From Caedimonas varicaedens (lineage in GTDB: Bacteria > Pseudomonadota > Alphaproteobacteria > Caedimonadales > Caedimonadaceae): DNA of 11,756 bases. The position numbers and the translations under genes are program-made. Below are positions 7,208 to 11,756 of the stretch, one piece after another (the first letter of the stretch is position 1; every line of letters starts with the position of its first letter). Below the pieces are notes generated by a model. It ran no database searches. It saw only the letters and a list, made by a program, of their open reading frames with translations, and was not told where the DNA came from. The stretch is taken from contig BBVC01000040.1 of NCBI GenBank assembly GCA_001192655.1, positions 1 through 11,756 on the forward strand, written 5' to 3'.

Positions 7208-8038
7208 TCAAAGCCTTTTACGGCACCCTTCTTTGATTAGTTGCGCGTATTCTTTGACCAGCTTATAGGCTGTGAGAGTATTTTCTTTTTCTATCAACCT
7301 CTCTCCAGCCAAACCATAATGGTATGCAGCGCTCGCGCAGGACTGCATACTGGAAAGTCCCTGCGCGCGATAACTTCCCACAATACCTGCCAGAACATCG
7401 CCCGTTCCCCCAACGCGCATCTGTGGACATCCTGTCGTATTTTCAATCAGCATTTGGGGTGCGGCTATAAAGTCAATCCTTCCCTTCACCAAAATCGTCA
7501 GATGCCAGGACTCTGCGTATTCCTGAATTTTCTCTTTGGTAAACTCTGCACCAAAGACTCTTGAGAATTCTTTTTTATGAGGCGTTAGGATCCAATCAGC
7601 ATGATCAGGTTTTATGTGGAGAATTTCCGAAAAAAGGGCTTCTGCATCCAATATCAGCGGAAGATAAATTTTCGGCAAAAGCGTCAGGATCGCTTTTTGT
7701 GTTTCTTCCTTTCGACCCAAGCCATTACCCAAAACAATCGCATCAACTTTTTCAGCAACAGCCAGAATCCCTTCTATATCGTCGCAAGATAAATAGGGCT
7801 TTGTAAAAGTTCTGATAAAGAAATTCAGGGAATAATTCTGAGCCGTTAATTTATGTTGTTCCGGCAAATAGAGCCAAATGAGATCAGCCCCGCCACTTTC
7901 AGCGCCCAGAGCCGTCAAAAGAGGCGCACCATAATAACTAGGGCTGCCCCCAATCACAAGAACCTTACCCACTTCTCCTTTATGGGAGTGAGGTTGATAT
8001 TGGGGCAATGGTGGAGCGACAGTGGAATTCCTCGTCAT
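7208..8038 (-). CDS. nnrD: NAD(P)H-hydrate dehydratase: stand-alone YjeF C-terminal / carbohydrate-kinase-like domain with no epimerase domain
   Basis: 276 aa. The sequence HKGEVGKVLVIGGSPSYYGAPLLTALGAESGGADL ... LTPHKKEF ... VKG ... GGTGDVLAGIVG matches the YjeF_C (Nnr2) pattern, including the GGxGDxLxG nucleotide-binding motif. Confidence 0.85.
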   Translation of the reverse strand: MTRNSTVAPPLPQYQPHSHKGEVGKVLVIGGSPSYYGAPLLTALGAESGGADLIWLYLPEQHKLTAQNYSLNFFIRTFTKPYLSCDDIEGILAVAEKVDAIVLGNGLGRKEETQKAILTLLPKIYLPLILDAEALFSEILHIKPDHADWILTPHKKEFSRVFGAEFTKEKIQEYAESWHLTILVKGRIDFIAAPQMLIENTTGCPQMRVGGTGDVLAGIVGSYRAQGLSSMQSCASAAYHYGLAGERLIEKENTLTAYKLVKEYAQLIKEGCRKRL

Positions 8039-8097
8039 TACAAAATCCTTCTTGCCTCTGATGACACGATACTTGTTATTTTTTTTATTAAGTCTTT

Positions 8098-8847
8098 TTA
8101 TATCTCCAGCGCCTTCATCACATCTTCTGAAATGTCATAATTTGCGGAAATAGTCTGGACATCGTCATTATCTTCCAGAACATCCAGCATTTTAAAGAGA
8201 GTTCTTGCGCTTTCCAAATCCAGGGGAATGGTATTCTGAGGGCGCCATATGAGTTTTGCCGACTCAGGGTTTCCAAATTTGGCAATCAGATAATCTCGAA
8301 CATTGGCCAGATTCGTGGATTCACAATAAATTTCGTGAGCTTCGAGGGTAGAAACAACGTCAGCAGCCCCTGCTTCCAATGCCGCTTCAAACATTTCTTC
8401 TGCTGAGACAGACGTTGTTGGATATCGGATCTCTCCCAAACGGTCAAACTGAAAACTGACGCTGTTGGTTTCTCCCAAATTTCCACCGTATTTAGTAAAA
8501 GTGGAGCGAACGTCCGAAGCTGTGCGATTGCGATTGTCCGTCAAGGCCTCAACAATTACCGCAACACCTGAAGGACCATATCCTTCATAGCGCACTTCCA
8601 CATAATCAGCATTGTCTTCTCCGCCCACAGCCCGCTTGATCGCGCGTTCCATCGTGTCCTTGGGCATATTGACGCCCCGCGCAGCAATAACTGCAGCGCG
8701 CAAACGGGGATTGGACTCAATATCCTGCCCTCCTTCTTTGGCAGCAACTGTCAACTCGCGAATAAGTTTTGTAAAGACTTTCGCACGCTTAGCGTCTTGG
8801 GCACCCTTACGATACATAATGTTTTTAAATTGGGAATGTCCTGCCAT
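8098..8847 (-). CDS. yebC: YebC/PmpR-family protein (TACO1 homologue). Historically annotated as a transcriptional regulator, it is now also linked to rescue of ribosome stalling on proline-rich stretches.
   Basis: 249 aa. The nearly invariant N-terminus is [40 protein letters not shown], with full-length family architecture. Confidence 0.95.
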   Translation of the reverse strand: MAGHSQFKNIMYRKGAQDAKRAKVFTKLIRELTVAAKEGGQDIESNPRLRAAVIAARGVNMPKDTMERAIKRAVGGEDNADYVEVRYEGYGPSGVAVIVEALTDNRNRTASDVRSTFTKYGGNLGETNSVSFQFDRLGEIRYPTTSVSAEEMFEAALEAGAADVVSTLEAHEIYCESTNLANVRDYLIAKFGNPESAKLIWRPQNTIPLDLESARTLFKMLDVLEDNDDVQTISANYDISEDVMKALEI

Positions 8848-8871
8848 GGCGATACCCTTTTTTAGTCTGCC

Positions 8872-9381
8872 TTAACTGTTACCCACTATTTCGTCAAAAT
8901 CTTTTTGTGAGCATAAGCCCAGTGTTACAGGATGCTGAGGCTTAATATGCGCCGAATCATGATGGGTTTTTGATCGAATCGCTTCAATCGTGTTTTTCGT
9001 TGTCCCTAACAGGCGAATCAGGACAGCATCACTCACTTCAGGATGGTTTTTTAACATCCATGCAATGCCATGGGGACGATCTTTGCGCAGGGAAACAGGT
9101 GTATATTTTCCCCCCTTGCGCTTTTTCTCAAGCACATCTTCAATTTCCATTAACTGAAGATGCGTGTTGACATCCCGCTGGCATCGCGCAATCTCTTCCA
9201 ATGTTAGCTGATTATTAAGAATGGGATCAAAAGGCGCCAAACCCGCCCCAATTTCTCCATCTGCCAAAGCTTGAATTTCCAGCGGATGAAGCCCGCAAAA
9301 TTCAGCAATTTGCCCAAACGTAAGTGAAGTGTTTTCCACCAACCATAAAGCTGTCGCCTTAGGCATCAAGGGATGCGCCAT
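8872..9381 (-). CDS. Conserved alphaproteobacterial protein of unknown function (DUF1013-like)
   Basis: 169 aa. The N-terminal pattern PLMPKATALWLVENTSLTFGQIAEFCGLHPLEIQALADGEIG ... QLTLEEIARC matches my recollection of the DUF1013 family. The family assignment is from memory and not searched. Strong GAAGGAG Shine-Dalgarno 8 nt before the ATG. Confidence 0.75.
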   Translation of the reverse strand: MAHPLMPKATALWLVENTSLTFGQIAEFCGLHPLEIQALADGEIGAGLAPFDPILNNQLTLEEIARCQRDVNTHLQLMEIEDVLEKKRKGGKYTPVSLRKDRPHGIAWMLKNHPEVSDAVLIRLLGTTKNTIEAIRSKTHHDSAHIKPQHPVTLGLCSQKDFDEIVGNS

Positions 9382-9488
9382 TTTTTTTCTCCTTCACTTA
9401 TGTGGATTTGTTGTTCTTCAAAACACAATGACAATTATGTCCTTCTTTGTTGATAATCATTCTGAAGAAAGAGTGCAAGAAATCTTTT

Positions 9489-10580
9489 TTACGCGTAGGG
9501 CGCATCTCCCAGACAAATACCCAATCCCCGTGCCGTTTGAACCAGCGCATCGTTTGGATCCACAGTACTGTTCAAACTGATGGCATCCAGAATAGGGACA
9601 TCAATAATTGTGCGATTTTGCCAAGCAACCATGCGATCGAATTTTCCTTCGGCAACAAGATCTACAGCCCGAACACCAAAAGCCGAGGCTAACAAACGAT
9701 CTGAAGCGTCCGGCTGCCCCCCTCTCTGTAAATGCCCAAGGACCGTAAAGCGTGTTTCAGCGCCGGTCAGGCGTGTGATTTCATCACTCAAATAATGACC
9801 GATTCCCCCATATCGGGCACGCCCATTCAGGTCGAAAATTTGAAGAGCACTACCGTTTTCTGTCTTCACCGCCTCAGCCACCACAACAAGAGCAAAATTT
9901 CTTTGTTTCTTTAAAAGATCATCGATTTTATGAGCAATATTTTGAAGCTTATACGGAATCTCCGGAATAATAATAATATCCGCCCCTCCTGCAATTCCTG
10001 CAGCCAGGGCAATATGCCCAGCGTCCCGTCCCATCACTTCAAGAATCATGACGCGATCATGACTTGCTGCTGTGGGCTGAAGCCGATCAAGGGCTTCTGT
10101 AGCGACATCAACGGCCGTTGTAAATCCAATTGAACGTTCTGTGATGCCCAAATCATTATCAATCGTTTTAGGAATGGCAACAAAAGGAATTTTACTCTTT
10201 TCCATGAGCTTGCGAAGGATATGGAGACTTCCGTCTCCTCCAACACCAATCATGGCTTCAAGCCCCAGCATTTGACACCCTTCTGCAAATTCAGCTGACC
10301 GATCCTTAAGCGTTCCGTCTTCCATCGGATAGGCAATAGGGTTCCCCTTATTGGTTGTTCCCAAAATGGTTCCGCCCAGGCGCAGGATAGAACCTTCAAA
10401 TGACTTGAGATCAAGTTTTTGATAGTCAATGGGTCGACGTAAAAGTCCTTGTGTCCCATGACTGATACCATAGACTTCCCATCCATATCCCTGGATGGCA
10501 CGAAGGGTAACGGCGCGCAACACGGCATTGAGCCCTGCACAATCACCACCGCTTGTCAAAATTCCAATACGTTTTGGCAT
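9489..10580 (-). CDS. pfkA: 6-phosphofructokinase, PfkA superfamily. The phosphoryl donor (ATP or PPi) cannot be decided from sequence motifs alone.
   Basis: 363 aa. Motifs present are IGILTSGGDCAGLNA, GGDGS (aa 114-118), PKTIDNDL (aa 137-144), MGRDAGHIAL and GHLQRGG. Confidence 0.9.
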   Translation of the reverse strand: MPKRIGILTSGGDCAGLNAVLRAVTLRAIQGYGWEVYGISHGTQGLLRRPIDYQKLDLKSFEGSILRLGGTILGTTNKGNPIAYPMEDGTLKDRSAEFAEGCQMLGLEAMIGVGGDGSLHILRKLMEKSKIPFVAIPKTIDNDLGITERSIGFTTAVDVATEALDRLQPTAASHDRVMILEVMGRDAGHIALAAGIAGGADIIIIPEIPYKLQNIAHKIDDLLKKQRNFALVVVAEAVKTENGSALQIFDLNGRARYGGIGHYLSDEITRLTGAETRFTVLGHLQRGGQPDASDRLLASAFGVRAVDLVAEGKFDRMVAWQNRTIIDVPILDAISLNSTVDPNDALVQTARGLGICLGDAPYA

Positions 10581-10648
10581 AAATAACTCTTTCTCTAGGA
10601 ATTGCTATCCAAACGTTATATCATTTGTTATAAACAGCGCAAGAAGGC

Positions 10649-10677
10649 TTACAATATTTCTTTCAAGCTGTTAAAAT
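10649..10677 (+). promoter_or_regulatory. Candidate sigma-70-type promoter for the DUF465-like gene, in the divergent pfk/DUF465 intergenic region
   Basis: TTACAA (10649..10654), a 17-nt spacer, then TAAAAT (10672..10677), about 54 nt upstream of the ATG at 10731. The intergenic region is AT-rich, so a chance match is quite possible. Confidence 0.3.
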
Positions 10678-10730
10678 AAGAAAAAGTTATTTTAAAAAAA
10701 ACTGCCTGAAAGCAAGAGATAACGCAGCAT

Positions 10731-10931
10731 ATGGATGACCAGGAAATTCTCCACAATCAATTGGAAAGGCTTAACGAAGAGCATCGGGAACTTGATGTGA
10801 TGATCGAAAAGATGCTGGGAGAGAATATTGTAAATCAAATTGCTGTACAGCGTTTAAAAAAACGCAAATTATTACTAAAAGACCAAATGTTAAAGCTGAA
10901 AAGCAGGCTTTTGCCAGACATTATTGCTTGA
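10731..10931 (+). CDS. Small coiled-coil protein, DUF465 (YdcH-like) family
   Basis: 66 aa. LERLNEEHRELDVMIEKM ... LKKRKLLLKDQMLKLKS fits the DUF465 pattern (H..LD..I ... LKK.KL.LKD). It is the only plausible ORF in this interval. Confidence 0.75.
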   Translation: MDDQEILHNQLERLNEEHRELDVMIEKMLGENIVNQIAVQRLKKRKLLLKDQMLKLKSRLLPDIIA

Positions 10932-11045
10932 CGCACCTCAACAGCATCTCTATCTGTGTATTTATAAAAATGTAACATATTTTTAACGCTTTACTCACTC
11001 ATTACTTCTATCATTTACCTGAAATATTTAAAAATAGGTATTAAG

Positions 11046-11756
11046 ATGAGCAAGTTATCGTATGCTACTACAGAAAAAAATGTAAAAATCATTCACAGGA
11101 ATGCTATTCCCGCCCTGAAGTCCATTGAAATAGGTAACAACGTTCATAATCTTGGACTTTTGCTTGATTTCAGGAAAAATAGAGATTTAGCCGCTTTTCT
11201 TCCTGAACAGGGACGTTTCTCTCTCAGTTGGGTCCATTTGAAAAAAGAGGAAACTCTCTCGGCTCATGCCCATCCTACGGCAAGTATGATTATTATTACA
11301 GAAGGCGAAGGAGTCACCATGGGGGATATCCAGCAGCCTATTGCGGCAGGCGATATCGTGATTGTCTCTCCTCATTCAAAACATGGATTTACCGGAAAGG
11401 GAAAAGAAGGATTTTGGGCATTATCGATCCAGTTTGAAGGTTTGGGTCTTTATGAAGACCCGACACGCGCGCGCGTCAAATTCGCGCAGAACGGCGCTTT
11501 AACTGATCCCATTTCCTTACTGGAAAAAGATCAGGTCAAGCATGAAGAACGGTTCCGTAAGGGAGCTCTGATGAAGCTGATCAATTCCGAGTTCGTCCAG
11601 CAAAAAGAAGTGAAAGACAAGTTACTGGAAGCTCTCAATTTTTGGTCAGACTGGTTTCAAAGAATCCTTGCCGCCCGTGTAGCCGCAGGAAATCCCAAGG
11701 AGTATCAGGAATTGGCCGAGCAACATTTTGCAGAAGAGGCAGGGTGTCAACATCGG
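11046..11756 (+). CDS. Partial CDS (3-prime end outside the window, 237 codons visible): an N-terminal cupin domain fused to a putative heme-oxygenase-like (PqqC/TenA/CADD/diiron-oxidase type) domain
   Basis: The frame is open from the ATG at 11046 to the last base of the window, with an in-frame TAA at 10965 upstream and AGGT 7 nt before the ATG. It is absent from the ORF track only because it has no stop. The cupin core is WVHLKKEETLSAHAHPTASMIIITEGEG ... GDIVIVSPHSKHGF. From about aa 170 the helical segment LLEALNFWSDWFQRILAARVA...YQELAEQHFAEEAGCQH resembles the first helices and first E..H metal motif of heme-oxygenase-like enzymes. It overrides track ORFs 11187..11375(-) and 11228..11437(+). 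Confidence 0.7.
   Translation, partial: MSKLSYATTEKNVKIIHRNAIPALKSIEIGNNVHNLGLLLDFRKNRDLAAFLPEQGRFSLSWVHLKKEETLSAHAHPTASMIIITEGEGVTMGDIQQPIAAGDIVIVSPHSKHGFTGKGKEGFWALSIQFEGLGLYEDPTRARVKFAQNGALTDPISLLEKDQVKHEERFRKGALMKLINSEFVQQKEVKDKLLEALNFWSDWFQRILAARVAAGNPKEYQELAEQHFAEEAGCQHR

Noticed and set aside
9400-9412. A DnaA-box-like site TGTGGATTT (7 of 9 matches to TGTGGATAA) in the pfk/DUF1013 spacer. Scattered GANTC sites and the GAAAAC direct repeats upstream of ruvC (7169..7197) were also considered as possible cell-cycle or SOS operators.
   Set aside because: These are single, imperfect matches. There is no clustering and no GTTC-N7-GTTC alphaproteobacterial LexA box or TTAA-N7-TTAA CtrA box. 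They are indistinguishable from chance in AT-rich spacers.
11187-11437. Track ORFs 11187..11375(-) and 11228..11437(+).
   Set aside because: Both lie inside the 237-codon open frame starting at 11046, which carries clear cupin motifs. These two are alternative-frame artefacts.
1-11756. A search for defence or mobile systems: CRISPR repeats, restriction-modification, toxin-antitoxin, abortive-infection genes, retrons, integrases, transposases and phage genes.
   Set aside because: Apart from the inverted repeat at 1..154, I saw no direct-repeat arrays and no ORF with nuclease, methylase, recombinase or reverse-transcriptase motifs. Every ORF of 100 aa or more that survives scrutiny has a housekeeping assignment, except the edge-truncated cupin fusion.

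Overview
This window looks like an ordinary housekeeping core-genome region, most likely from an alphaproteobacterium. That taxon call is an inference from gene content and synteny. Thirteen intact genes run head-to-tail on the minus strand from about 10580 down to 451: pfk, a DUF1013-like gene, yebC, an NAD(P)HX dehydratase, ruvC, ruvA, ruvB, ybgC, tolQ, tolR, tolA, tolB and pal. A strong bidirectional intrinsic terminator follows pal at 397..428. On the plus strand there is a small DUF465-like gene at 10731..10931. There is also an ORF at 11046..11756 that runs off the right edge and is missing from the supplied ORF track because it has no stop codon. I see no CRISPR array, transposase, integrase, toxin-antitoxin pair, restriction or defence genes, tRNA or rRNA. 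I therefore do not claim that a novel system lies inside this window. Three places deserve a second look. The first is the truncated right-edge ORF, an N-terminal cupin fused to what reads like a heme-oxygenase-like (PqqC/TenA/CADD/diiron oxidase type) domain, which may begin an accessory locus outside the window. The second is the AT-rich, gene-free 450 bp downstream of pal, which carries a 25-bp imperfect inverted-repeat pair touching the left window edge. The third is an unassigned stretch of about 200 nt in that same region that ends at the terminator. Most other track ORFs are antisense or low-complexity artefacts.
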